A program made the position numbers and the translations under genes. A stretch of 64,000 bases of DNA from an uncultured Thermoanaerobaculia bacterium (GTDB taxonomy: Bacteria > Acidobacteriota > Thermoanaerobaculia > Thermoanaerobaculales > Sulfomarinibacteraceae). Below are positions 1-9,166 of the stretch, piece by piece. The first letter of the stretch is position 1. Every line of letters starts with the position of its first letter. The notes beneath the pieces were generated by a model. That model worked only from the letters and a program-made list of their open reading frames with translations. It was not told where the DNA came from and did no database searches. The DNA lies in NCBI GenBank assembly GCA_964440565.1, contig CAYTTB010000001.1, positions 96,627 through 160,626 on the forward strand. The letters run 5' to 3'.

Positions 1-2
1 TC

Positions 3-503
3 GCGCTGCTCGCCGCGGAGCTCGGCGGCAGGACCCACCTCGAGCCCCTGCTGGTCTGTCTCGCGGCGGGGTTCGCCGCCCGCAACCTGTTCCCGGCCGC
101 GGCCACGGGGTTCCTGGACGCCCTGGAGCGGGCGTCGCTGCCGCTGTACACGGTGTTCTTCGCGCTGGTGGGCGCGGGGCTGGACCTCGGGGTGCTGCGG
201 CGGGCGTGGGCGGCCGCCGGGGCGCTCGCCGGGGTGCGCGCGGCGCTCCTGTGGGCGGCGACCCGGCTCCCGGCCGCCTGGCTCGGGGGTCCCCCGGCGC
301 TGCGTCGGCTGGGATGGACGGGGTTCGTGGCCCAGGCGGGCCTGTCGCTGGGGCTGGCGGGCCGGGTGGCGGCGGAGTTCCCCGGCTTCGGTCGTCCTCT
401 CGCCGCGCTGGTGGTGGCGGCGGTGGTGATGAACCAGCTCCTCGGGCCGCCGCTGTGGCGGTGGGCCCTGGTCGCGAGCGGGGAGGCGCGCGCCGGCCGG
501 TGA
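3..503 (+). CDS. Cation:proton antiporter-like membrane protein, C-terminal part (5'-truncated by window edge)
   Basis: Frame open from position 3 to TGA 501-503. Hydrophobic helices with LEPLLVCLAAGF, QAGLSLGL and NQLLGPPL, typical of CPA2-like exchangers. Confidence 0.6.
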   Translation, partial: ALLAAELGGRTHLEPLLVCLAAGFAARNLFPAAATGFLDALERASLPLYTVFFALVGAGLDLGVLRRAWAAAGALAGVRAALLWAATRLPAAWLGGPPALRRLGWTGFVAQAGLSLGLAGRVAAEFPGFGRPLAALVVAAVVMNQLLGPPLWRWALVASGEARAGR

Positions 504-507
504 GGGG

Positions 508-1662
508 TCAGGGGCCGTGGCCGCCGAGCAGCGTGAGGGTGGGGAACGCCCCGTTGCACCCGGCGGCGTCGCCCGAGAAGCCGCTCCCCACCGCGTCCAC
601 GCTGCCCGCGAGGAGCCCGTCCGTGAGCGTGCCCCGCACCGTCCACTCCATGGTGCCCCCGAGGTCCGCGTAGTCGTTGCTGAACGTCACGCCCGCGGCG
701 AGCTCGTCGAGGGTGAGCGGGGGATCGAAGCTGGCGACCATGGCGAAGATCCACGTGCACTCCGAGGTGCCGGAGCCGTCCACCTTGTCCCAGTTGGTGT
801 AGGTGGCGTCGAGGGACGTCACCCCGCCGGAGAGGACGATGGCCCCGCCGGTGGCGTACCCCAGCGAGTCGTAGATCGCCAGGTAGTACGTGCCGTCGCC
901 GCCCGCCGTTCCCAGCCGCCACCACGCCTCGAGAGTCGTGGGGTCGCCGGAGCCGTCGTCGATCCTGGATCCCACCACCACCACCGCGCCCGAGGTCACC
1001 TCGACGTGGGCCGTGCCGTCCTGGAGCGTGGCGACGCCGAGGGCGGGCAGCGACCGGTACCAGGCGGCGTACGGTGGAAGGCTCACGGAGGTGGCGGCCA
1101 CCTCGGCCCCGCCGGCGGTGCGGACCGAGAGGGTGAAGGCGGCGGGGGTGGAGCCGACGTTCACCGCGAACAGGTTGGAGCGGAACCCGCCCCCCTGGGC
1201 GAGCCCCACGACGTCGGTGACGCCCCCGGGGGCGAGCGCGGCCGAGGTCGGGACGGCCTCGAACCCCTGCCCGTAGGTGCCCGAGGGGTCGGCGGTGTTC
1301 AGGATCCGGGAGGAGGCCACGAGCTCCCCGCCCGTGGCCACGATCCGGATCGCCCCGGCCCCGGAGGCGAGCCCGAACACGTTCTGGATCGCGTCGGGGA
1401 GCGCCACCGACTCGCCGGGCGGCACGGTGTAGCGGACCGGGGTGGCCCCCGAGTTGTCGGTGTCGCGAGGCAGCCAGTAGAGGTCGGCGTCCACGCTCCC
1501 GGTGCCCGGGTTGTACAGGTACAGGTCGGTGACCCAGAACGAGCCCCCCGCGCCCCCGCCGCGCGCCGCGGCGGGCACCACCAGCTCGGTGCCGGGGTTG
1601 AGGGCGAACGCGGCCGAGGCGACCGCCGCGACCAGCGACGATACCGTCAGGCGACGCATCAT
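508..1662 (-). CDS. Secreted hypothetical protein, paralog 1 (conserved two-repeat module plus two-Cys C-terminal domain)
   Basis: ATG at 1662 after AAGGAGG. Signal-peptide-like MMRRLTVSSLVAAVASAAFA, then VPAAARGGG..WVTDLYLYNPG, shared with the next two genes. Confidence 0.85.
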   Translation of the reverse strand: MMRRLTVSSLVAAVASAAFALNPGTELVVPAAARGGGAGGSFWVTDLYLYNPGTGSVDADLYWLPRDTDNSGATPVRYTVPPGESVALPDAIQNVFGLASGAGAIRIVATGGELVASSRILNTADPSGTYGQGFEAVPTSAALAPGGVTDVVGLAQGGGFRSNLFAVNVGSTPAAFTLSVRTAGGAEVAATSVSLPPYAAWYRSLPALGVATLQDGTAHVEVTSGAVVVVGSRIDDGSGDPTTLEAWWRLGTAGGDGTYYLAIYDSLGYATGGAIVLSGGVTSLDATYTNWDKVDGSGTSECTWIFAMVASFDPPLTLDELAAGVTFSNDYADLGGTMEWTVRGTLTDGLLAGSVDAVGSGFSGDAAGCNGAFPTLTLLGGHGP

Positions 1663-1717
1663 GGCACGACCTCCTTGCAGTGTCGGACGGAGGACCCGGG
1701 AGGGACGTTGACGCCGC

Positions 1718-2884
1718 TCACGGTGTCCCCGCGGTGCGCCCGAGCTCCACGGCGAGCCCGGCGTGGTCGCCGTCGAGGCACGGGTAGGGCGAGCCGGACC
1801 ACCCCTCGCCGTGAACCGAGAGCGTCCCGGTGAGGTGCTGCCGGGCCGTGGTCCAGCCGAGGCGCAGCGTCCAGGTGAGGGTCCCCAGGGAGGGGTCGGC
1901 GGCGCTCCAGTCCTCCACCCGCTCGTAGCCGGCGGCGAGGTCCTCCAGGGTGACCGGTGGCTCCACCGGTCCACCCCCTCCCGCCACCACGCAGCCGGGA
2001 TCGGTGGCCACCCACCAGACGGCCTCGGTGAGCCGGCCCTCCCCGTCGAGGCGGACCCAGATCCCGCCGGCGACGACGCCGTCGGCGTCGAAGGCGGTGC
2101 CGAAGTAGTCGCCCGCGAGGGGCGGCGGCGCCGGCCACCACGCCTCCATGGTGGTGGGATCGCCGGAGGCGGTGTCGATGGTGGAGGCCACCACGAGGGC
2201 CGCCCCCCGCTCCACCTCGGCGTGGAGCGTGGCGCGCCCGAACGACCCGGCTCCGAGGTCCGTGGCCTTGCGGTAGAACGCGGCCAGCGGCGGGAGCTCG
2301 TAGATACGGCTCGCGAGCACCGCGCCGGCGGGGTCGCGCAGCTCCAGCCGGAGCCGCGTGGTGGCGGCGGCGGTGTTCACCGCGAACAGGTTGGTGGTGA
2401 ACCCCGAGCCCTGCCGCAGCCCGGTGACGTCGGTGGCCTCGCCGGGGCCGAGGGCGGCGGCGACCGGGACCCCCTCGAACCCCTGCCCGAAGGTGCCCGA
2501 GCCCCCGCCGGTGTTGTAGATCCGGGAGGTGGCCACGAGCGGCCCGTCCGCCACGATCCGGATCGCCCCCGCGGCGGCGGGGCGGCCGAACGCCGACAGG
2601 ATCACGTCCTCGAGCGTCAGCGTCTCGCCCGCGGCGACCGTGCGCGTCACCGGATCCGCGCCGGTGTTGTCGGTCTCGCGTTCGAGCCAGAAGAGCCGGG
2701 CCGTGACCGCCGACGTGCCGGGGTTGTAGAGCACCAGGTCGGTGACCCAGGTCCGGGTGGCGCCCGGCCCGCGCGCCGCCGCCGGCACGAAGAGCTCCCG
2801 GGCCGGGCTCAGCGCCAGCGCGGTGGCGGCCGCGAGCCACGCCGCGGCCGCGAGCGCGGCGCGGGTCACGATCGTTCCGGCCAT
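1718..2884 (-). CDS. Secreted hypothetical protein, paralog 2
   Basis: MAGTIVTRAALAAAAWLAAATALA signal, then FVPAAARGPGATRTWVTDLVLYNPG. Colinear with paralogs 1 and 3. Confidence 0.85.
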   Translation of the reverse strand: MAGTIVTRAALAAAAWLAAATALALSPARELFVPAAARGPGATRTWVTDLVLYNPGTSAVTARLFWLERETDNTGADPVTRTVAAGETLTLEDVILSAFGRPAAAGAIRIVADGPLVATSRIYNTGGGSGTFGQGFEGVPVAAALGPGEATDVTGLRQGSGFTTNLFAVNTAAATTRLRLELRDPAGAVLASRIYELPPLAAFYRKATDLGAGSFGRATLHAEVERGAALVVASTIDTASGDPTTMEAWWPAPPPLAGDYFGTAFDADGVVAGGIWVRLDGEGRLTEAVWWVATDPGCVVAGGGGPVEPPVTLEDLAAGYERVEDWSAADPSLGTLTWTLRLGWTTARQHLTGTLSVHGEGWSGSPYPCLDGDHAGLAVELGRTAGTP

Positions 2885-2903
2885 GGGGCGCTCCGCGACC
2901 CGC

Positions 2904-4079
2904 TCACGACCCTGGCTGGAGCTTGCCGAGGAACGCCTGGTCGCCAGGGAACGTGATGTTGCAGACGGCGTCGGCACCGCTCCAGCCGCTTCCCACCGCC
3001 TCGACGGTGCCCTCGAGGTGGAGCCCGGGGCTCTTCACCGTGAGGGTCACGGTGAAGTCCACCGTGCCGTCGTCGTACTGGCCGTCCCCGTCGGTGTCGT
3101 AGTTGGCGGTGAGGGGGACCCCGGACGAGAAGTCGGCCAGCGGCACCGTGGGGTCGAACACCACCGAGACCGGGAAGAAGTACGAGCAGCTGGCGTCGGC
3201 GGAGGGGAAGTAGAAGTCGAGCTGCGAGACCTCGGCCGAGGCGTTCACCACCATCCGGATCCCTCCGAGGCCACCGGCCGTGTCCTGCACCACGCCGAAG
3301 TAGGTGCCCTCGTCCACCAGCCCGGCCCCGCCCAGGCTCCACCACGCGGCCATGGTGGTGGGGTCGCCGGAGGTGACGTCGATGGTGGAGCCCACCACGA
3401 TGGCGGAGCCCTGCGTCACGGTGGCATGTACCGTGCCGCGGTCGAAGGCGGGGCCGCCGAGATCGGTGATCTTCCGGTAGAAGGCGGCCAGCGGCGGCAG
3501 GGTGTAGCTGCGGCTGGCGAGGGTGGCGCCGCTCGGGTCGCGCAGCTCGAAGGTCACGGCCGCCTGGGTCGTCCCGGTGTTCACGGCGAACAGGTTGGTG
3601 GTGAAGCTCCCGTTCTGGGCGAGGCCCACGATGTCGGTGCTCCCGCCGGCGGAGATCGCCGCGCTCGCCGGGACCCCCTCGAACCCCTGCCCGAAGGTGC
3701 CCGAACCCCCGCCGGTGTTGTAGATCCGCGACGTCACCACCACCGTGGTACCGGCGATGACGCGGATCGCCCCCGCCGCCGAGGAGAGGCCGAACACGCT
3801 GGAGATCACGTCGTCCAGCGCCAGCGTCTCCCCGGGCGCCACCGTGAAGCTCACCGGTGCGGCGCCGGTGTTGTCCGTGTCGCGGGGCAGCCAGTAGAGG
3901 CTGATCGAGGCGCTGGTGGTACCCGGGTTGTACACGAACACGTCGGTCACCCAGGTGCCGGTGGCCCCCGGGCCGCGCGCCGCCGCCGGGACGAACACGT
4001 CGGTGCCGGGGTTGATGGCGAGCGCGGGGCTCGCGGCGAGGAGGAGCGCGATGCCGAGGATGCCGATCGTCTTCTTCAT
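2904..4079 (-). CDS. Secreted hypothetical protein, paralog 3
   Basis: MKKTIGILGIALLLAASPALA signal, then FVPAAARGPGATGTWVTDVFVYNPG. First gene of the array; TACACT -10-like at 4119-4124. Confidence 0.88.
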   Translation of the reverse strand: MKKTIGILGIALLLAASPALAINPGTDVFVPAAARGPGATGTWVTDVFVYNPGTTSASISLYWLPRDTDNTGAAPVSFTVAPGETLALDDVISSVFGLSSAAGAIRVIAGTTVVVTSRIYNTGGGSGTFGQGFEGVPASAAISAGGSTDIVGLAQNGSFTTNLFAVNTGTTQAAVTFELRDPSGATLASRSYTLPPLAAFYRKITDLGGPAFDRGTVHATVTQGSAIVVGSTIDVTSGDPTTMAAWWSLGGAGLVDEGTYFGVVQDTAGGLGGIRMVVNASAEVSQLDFYFPSADASCSYFFPVSVVFDPTVPLADFSSGVPLTANYDTDGDGQYDDGTVDFTVTLTVKSPGLHLEGTVEAVGSGWSGADAVCNITFPGDQAFLGKLQPGS

Positions 4080-4175
4080 GGGGTGCCGTCCTTCCGTCCC
4101 TCTCTGGGACACGATCTCAGTGTACCAGGTCCGGCGATCGAGACACCCGGGGTGGGCGGCGGGTGTGATCTGGGT

Positions 4176-4187
4176 TACGATCGGGCC
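4176..4187 (+). promoter_or_regulatory. Putative -10 element of a leaderless dnaX promoter
   Basis: TACGAT at 4176-4181, 6 nt spacer, GTG at 4188, no SD. Confidence 0.55.
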
Positions 4188-5762
4188 GTGACGTACCAGG
4201 TGCTCGCACGCTCGTGGCGGCCGCAGCGGTTCGAGGAGATCGTGGGCCAGGAGGTGGTGGTCCGCACGCTCCAGAACGCGATCGCGAGCGGCAACCTCGG
4301 CCACGCCTACCTGTTCTCGGGGCTCCGCGGCGTGGGCAAGACCACCGCGGCGCGGCTGCTCGCCAAGGCGGTGAACTGCGAGAGCGGGCCCACCCCGGAG
4401 CCGTGCGGGGCATGCGTGCCGTGCCGGGAGATCGCGGCAGGCTCGTCGCTGGACGTGGTGGAGCTGGACGGCGCCTCGAACCGGGGGATCGACGACGTGC
4501 GCGAGCTGCGCGAGCTGCTCCGCTACCGGCCCTCCCGCGACCGCTACCGGGTCATCATCGTGGACGAGGTGCACATGCTCACCCGGGAGGCGTTCAACGC
4601 CCTCCTCAAGAGCCTCGAGGAGCCGCCGCCGTACATCCTGTTCGTCTTCGCCACCACCGAGCCGCACAAGGTCCCCGCCACGATCCTCTCGCGCTGTCAG
4701 CAGCTCGAGTTCCGGCCGGTGCCGGCGGAGCTCATCGTGCGGCATCTCGTCGCCATCGCCGGGCGCGAGGGTTTCCGGCTCGATCCCGAGGCGGCGGCGA
4801 TGATCGCACGCGCCGCCGACGGCAGCGTGCGCGACGCGCTCTCCCTCACCGACCAGCTGCGCGCGTTCTCGGGCGACGACATCGGACCCGAGGCGGTGGC
4901 CGAGGTGCTGGGCGTCCCGCCGGCCGAGCGGGTGGTGACCCTCCTCGAGGCGGTGGTGGGGGGCGACGCCGCGGCGCTCGTGGCGGGGCTGCGCGAGGAG
5001 CTCTCCGCGGGCCACGACCCCGCGGTGCTGTACCGGGAGCTGGGCCGGGCGCTCAGGGCGGCGGCGCTCGCGGCGGTGGGAGCGGTGGAGCCGGAGGCGA
5101 CCGGGTTCCGGGAGGCGGCCCGGCGCCTCGCCCCGCGTCTCGACCCCGCCGGATGGACCCGTCTGCTCGGCCTGTGGCTGGACCACGAGCGGAGCGTTCG
5201 GGACGCGGTGGAGCGCGAGGTGGCGCTGGAGGTGGCGTGCCTCAGGCTCGTGCGCTGGCCGGCGGTGGCGCGGGTGGAGCGGCTGCTGGCGGAGGAAGGC
5301 GGGGGGGCGGATCCCGCCCTCTCGGGCGGCTCGCGCGGGACCGTGACGGGCGGTCCCCGCGGCGCGAGCCGGGCGGCCCCGCCCGCCGGAGAGGGTGCGG
5401 GGGGCGAGCTGCCCGCGAGCCCGCTGGGACGGGCGCTCTGGGAGGAGGGTCACCGGCGGCTCGGGGCGGCGGTGGAGGCGGCGGCGGTCTCGCATCGGGG
5501 GGAGGAGCTGGTGATCCGGCTGGAGGGCGGCAACGGCGTGCTGGGCCGCCTGGTGGAAGAGGGCCGCGGCGTCCTGGAGGCGGCGGCACGACGGCTGTGG
5601 CCGGAGGTGCGGGCCGTGCGGGTGGAGCGACCGGAGGCGCCGCCGCCGGCCGAGGCCGCGCCACCGAGCGAGGTCCTGGAGGATCCGGGGGTGGCGGTGG
5701 CGCTCGAGGTGTTCGGCGGGCGCCTGGCCGGGGTCCGCCCCGAGGGTGAGGGATGGACCTGA
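4188..5762 (+). CDS. dnaX: DNA polymerase III subunit gamma/tau
   Basis: [19 protein letters not shown], Walker [10 protein letters not shown], Zn-binding cysteines [26 protein letters not shown]. Confidence 0.97.
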   Translation: MTYQVLARSWRPQRFEEIVGQEVVVRTLQNAIASGNLGHAYLFSGLRGVGKTTAARLLAKAVNCESGPTPEPCGACVPCREIAAGSSLDVVELDGASNRGIDDVRELRELLRYRPSRDRYRVIIVDEVHMLTREAFNALLKSLEEPPPYILFVFATTEPHKVPATILSRCQQLEFRPVPAELIVRHLVAIAGREGFRLDPEAAAMIARAADGSVRDALSLTDQLRAFSGDDIGPEAVAEVLGVPPAERVVTLLEAVVGGDAAALVAGLREELSAGHDPAVLYRELGRALRAAALAAVGAVEPEATGFREAARRLAPRLDPAGWTRLLGLWLDHERSVRDAVEREVALEVACLRLVRWPAVARVERLLAEEGGGADPALSGGSRGTVTGGPRGASRAAPPAGEGAGGELPASPLGRALWEEGHRRLGAAVEAAAVSHRGEELVIRLEGGNGVLGRLVEEGRGVLEAAARRLWPEVRAVRVERPEAPPPAEAAPPSEVLEDPGVAVALEVFGGRLAGVRPEGEGWT

Positions 5763-6355
5763 GGCCGCCGGCGGTGCGCGAGCTGCTCGAGCGGTTGGAG
5801 CGGCTCCCCGGAGTGGGGCCGCGGTCGGCCAGGCGGCTGGTGGAGCACCTGCTCACCGCGCCCGCCGAGGAGGCGAGGGGGCTGGCCGCGGCGCTCGGGG
5901 CGGTCCGCGAGCGGGTGCGGCTGTGCTCCACCTGCTTCCTGCTCACCGAGGGGGATCCGTGCCCGGTGTGCTCCGACCCGGGCCGCGACCGGGGCACGAT
6001 CCTGGTGGTGGAGAGCCCCACCGCGGCGTGGGCGGTGGAGGCCACCGGCGAGTACCGGGGGCTCTACCACGCGCTCCTCGGGCACCTGTCCCCGCTCGAG
6101 GGGATCGGGCCCGACGACCTCACCGTCGAGGCGCTGCTGGAGCGGGTGCGTGCGGGCGGGGTGCGGGAGGTGATCCTGGCCACCGACCCCACGGTGGAGG
6201 GCGAGACCACCGCGCTCTACGTGGCTCGCCGGCTGGCCCCGCTGGGGGTGACGGTGAGCCGGCCGGCGGCGGGGATCCCGGTGGGCGGCGAGCTGGCGGC
6301 GGTGGACCAGGTGACCCTGGGGCAGGCCTTGCAGGCGAGGCGGCGGCTCGAGTAA
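5753..6355 (+). CDS. recR: Recombination mediator RecR
   Basis: [12 protein letters not shown] HhH, CSTC..CPVC zinc finger, [21 protein letters not shown]. Confidence 0.96.
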   Translation: MDLRPPAVRELLERLERLPGVGPRSARRLVEHLLTAPAEEARGLAAALGAVRERVRLCSTCFLLTEGDPCPVCSDPGRDRGTILVVESPTAAWAVEATGEYRGLYHALLGHLSPLEGIGPDDLTVEALLERVRAGGVREVILATDPTVEGETTALYVARRLAPLGVTVSRPAAGIPVGGELAAVDQVTLGQALQARRRLE

Positions 6356-6409
6356 CCTTGCCCGTTGCCTGCCGTTATGCTACAACGGGCAGGCCGGGAG
6401 GTTCGTACG

Positions 6410-6898
6410 GTGGACGTCGGCTTGGTCATGTACGAGGAGGAGTTCGAGAGGATCCGGCAGATCCTCGACCGCCTGCGCGTGGACGCCCGCGCGAAGATCG
6501 TCTTCCTGATCGACAAGAACGGCCAGCAGATCGGCGGGGCGGGCGAGATCGACCAGGTGGACACGACCTCGCTGGCGTCGCTCACGGCGGGCAACGTGGC
6601 CGCCACCGACGGCCTGGCGAAGCTCATCGGGGAGAAGGAGTTCTCGATCCTCTTCCACGAGGGGAAGAAGGACAACATCCACATCTCCATCGTCGGCCAG
6701 CGCCTCATCCTGGTGGTGATCTTCGACGAGCGCTCCTCCCTCGGTCTCGTGCGCCTCAGGGTGCGCAAGGCCGCGGCCGAGATCGAGCGCGTGCTCGAGG
6801 ACATGACCGAGAAGGCGCGGCAGGTGGGCTCGGAGGAGGTCGTGTCCCCCTTCGCCGAGATCACCGACGAGGACATCGACGCCCTGTTCTCCGAATGA
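6410..6898 (+). CDS. mglB: Roadblock/LC7 GTPase-activating protein MglB
   Basis: [36 protein letters not shown] and [16 protein letters not shown] match myxobacterial MglB. GTG start after GGGAGG. Confidence 0.93.
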   Translation: MDVGLVMYEEEFERIRQILDRLRVDARAKIVFLIDKNGQQIGGAGEIDQVDTTSLASLTAGNVAATDGLAKLIGEKEFSILFHEGKKDNIHISIVGQRLILVVIFDERSSLGLVRLRVRKAAAEIERVLEDMTEKARQVGSEEVVSPFAEITDEDIDALFSE

Positions 6899-7479
6899 GC
6901 TTCATCAACTACGCCGCTCGCGAGATCAACGTCAAGATCGTCTACTACGGGCCCGGGCTCGGCGGAAAGACGACCAACCTCCAGTACATCTACGAGAAGT
7001 CCAGCCCGCAGCAGAAGGGGAAGCTGATCTCGCTCGCCACCGAGACCGACCGGACCCTGTTCTTCGACTTCCTCCCCCTCGACCTGGGCACGGTGCGCGG
7101 GTTCAAGACCCGTTTCCACCTGTACACGGTCCCCGGGCAGGTGTTCTACGACGCGAGCCGCAAGCTGATCCTCAAGGGGGTGGACGGGGTGGTGTTCGTG
7201 GCCGACTCGCAGGAGGCGCGGATGGACGCCAACGTCGAGTCGCTCCGGAACCTCGAGGTGAACCTGAAGGAGAACGGGTTCGACCTCAAGACCATCCCGT
7301 ACGTCCTCCAGTTCAACAAGCGCGACCTGCCCACGGCGGTGCCGGTGGACGAGATGTACCGCGTGCTCAACTACAAGGGCGAGCCCACCTTCGAGGCGGT
7401 GGCCATCCAGGGGATGGGGGTGTTCGAGACCCTCAAGGCGGTGGCCAAGCAGGTGCTGTACGAGCTGCGCCGGCGCTGA
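6895..7479 (+). CDS. mglA: Small Ras-like GTPase MglA
   Basis: [53 protein letters not shown] overlap with mglB. Confidence 0.96.
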   Translation: MSFINYAAREINVKIVYYGPGLGGKTTNLQYIYEKSSPQQKGKLISLATETDRTLFFDFLPLDLGTVRGFKTRFHLYTVPGQVFYDASRKLILKGVDGVVFVADSQEARMDANVESLRNLEVNLKENGFDLKTIPYVLQFNKRDLPTAVPVDEMYRVLNYKGEPTFEAVAIQGMGVFETLKAVAKQVLYELRRR

Positions 7480-7513
7480 GCATGGCGGCGCAGGGCGGCG
7501 CGGGGGGGCGGTG

Positions 7514-8470
7514 ATGGCGCGGGGGGTGGTGGTGCTCGCCGCGGGCCAGGGCACGCGGATGCGCTCCCGGATCCCCAAGGTGCTCCACGAGCTCGCGGGC
7601 CGGCCGCTGCTCCACTGGGTGCTGGACACCGCGCTCGCGGTGGCCGAGCCCGGGAAGGTGGTGGTGGTGGTGGGCCACGGCCGCGAGCGGGTGGAACCCG
7701 AGGCGAGGGCCCGCGGGTGCCGGGTCGTGGTGCAGGAGCCGCAGCGCGGCACCGGCGATGCGCTCGCGGTGGGCCTCGCGGCCCTGCCCGCCGACGCCGA
7801 CCCGGTGCTGGTGCTCTCGGGCGACGTCCCGCTGCTCGAGCCCGCCACCCTCGAGGCGCTGGCGGCGGAGCTCGAGGGCGCGGCGGCGGCGGTGCTCACC
7901 GCCCGGCTCGATGACCCCGGGCCCTACGGGCGGGTGGTGCGCGCCCCCGGCGGCGGGGTGGCGCGCATCGTGGAGGCGCGCGACGCGAGCCCGGAGGAGC
8001 TCGCGATCCGCGAGGTCAACGCGGGCGTGTACGCGTTCCGGCGGCGTGGGCTCGCCGCGCTGCTCGGCGCCCTCACCCCGGACAACGCGCAGGGGGAGTA
8101 CTACCTCACCGACGTGGTGGCGCTCGCGGTCGCCCGGGGCGAGCGGGTGGTGGCGGTGCGCCTCGCCGATCCCGACCAGATGCTGGGCGTCAACACCCGC
8201 GCCGACCTGGCGCGGGCGGCGCGCCTGGTGAACCGGAGGGTCCTCGAGCGGGCGATGGCCCGGGGCGTGACGGTGCTCGACCCGGAGACCACCTGGGTGG
8301 AGCCGGGGTGCGTGCTGGGTCCCGATGTGGTGCTGGAGCCGGGTGTCCTGGTGCGCGGCGGAGCCCGCATCGGGAACGGGGCCCGCATCGGCGCGCACAC
8401 GGTGGTGGACGGCGTCGAGGTCCCCCCCGGCGCCGAGGTCCCGCCGCTCAGCCACCTCCGCCGACGGTGA
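7514..8470 (+). CDS. glmU: GlmU-like N-acetylglucosamine-1-phosphate uridyltransferase with a truncated left-handed beta-helix
   Basis: LAAGQGTRMRS, KVLH, QEPQRGTGDA, LSGDVPLL, NAQGEYYLTD, GVN. Only a few hexapeptide repeats before the stop (~318 aa). Confidence 0.85.
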   Translation: MARGVVVLAAGQGTRMRSRIPKVLHELAGRPLLHWVLDTALAVAEPGKVVVVVGHGRERVEPEARARGCRVVVQEPQRGTGDALAVGLAALPADADPVLVLSGDVPLLEPATLEALAAELEGAAAAVLTARLDDPGPYGRVVRAPGGGVARIVEARDASPEELAIREVNAGVYAFRRRGLAALLGALTPDNAQGEYYLTDVVALAVARGERVVAVRLADPDQMLGVNTRADLARAARLVNRRVLERAMARGVTVLDPETTWVEPGCVLGPDVVLEPGVLVRGGARIGNGARIGAHTVVDGVEVPPGAEVPPLSHLRRR

Positions 8471-8488
8471 CACCCGCGACCGGGGATC

Positions 8489-9064
8489 TCACCGCTTCAC
8501 GCGCTCCACGAAGCGGGCCTCCCGGGTGTCCACCCGCACCCGGTCGCCGGGGACGATGTACGGCGGCACCTGGACCGTGAGCCCGGTCTCGAGGGTGGCG
8601 GGCTTGAGCTGGGCGGCGGCGGTGGCGCCCTTGAGCGCCGGGGCGGTCTCGGTGACCTCGAGCTCCACGGTGAGGGGCAGCTCCAGGGCCACGGGTCGGC
8701 CGTTGAACAGCAGGAGACGGAGCTCGAGCCCCTCGGTGAGGTAGCCGGCCGCGTCCGCCACGAGTTCGTCGGGAAGGGCGAGCTGCTCGTAGGTCCCGAG
8801 GTCCATGAACACGTGCTCGTCGCCCTGGCGGTAGAGGAACTGCACCGGGCGCCGCTCGCAGTCCGCCTCGGCGACGGTGTCGCCGCCGCGCAGCGTCACC
8901 GCCTGCACCTGACCGGTGAGGAGGTTGCGGACCCTGAGCTTGACGAGAAGGCTCGCGCCCCGGGCCGAGGGTGTCTGCTGCGCCACCTCGAGCACGCTCC
9001 AGGGTGCGCCACCCATCTCCAGCACCGCGCCCCGCTGCACCGCCGTCGCCTGGATCGTCGCCAT
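8489..9064 (-). CDS. efpL: Elongation factor P-like protein (EfpL/YeiP type)
   Basis: EF-P fold motifs YEQ, KPATLETGL.VQVPPYI..GD.VRVDT. Loop tip is TPSARGA rather than PGKG. Confidence 0.8.
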   Translation of the reverse strand: MATIQATAVQRGAVLEMGGAPWSVLEVAQQTPSARGASLLVKLRVRNLLTGQVQAVTLRGGDTVAEADCERRPVQFLYRQGDEHVFMDLGTYEQLALPDELVADAAGYLTEGLELRLLLFNGRPVALELPLTVELEVTETAPALKGATAAAQLKPATLETGLTVQVPPYIVPGDRVRVDTREARFVERVKR

Positions 9065-9166
9065 GCCACCTCCCGCGCGCGTTGTACCCCGTCCCGCGGT
9101 GGATCGCAAACCCCCCTCCGGCGGTGCGGCGGGGCCGCGGGAGGGGGCGGGTAGAATCGGGCCGCG

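Noticed and set aside
508-4079. Array as a diversity-generating retroelement target
   Set aside because: No reverse transcriptase, template repeat or adenine-specific mismatch pattern in the window; divergence looks like ordinary paralog evolution.
4164-4180. TGTGATCTGGGTTACGA as a second Rex/CRP-like site
   Set aside because: The right half matches poorly and coincides with the dnaX -10 element, which explains it.
4080-4187. SRP RNA or tRNA often found upstream of dnaX
   Set aside because: No SRP GGAA-loop helix or cloverleaf seen; the 108 bp is explained by divergent promoters.
5301-5307. G7 run in dnaX as a possible gamma/tau slippage site
   Set aside because: Known dnaX recoding uses A-rich heptamers or long T runs. 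Short G runs are common here and this one lies in a Gly-rich linker.
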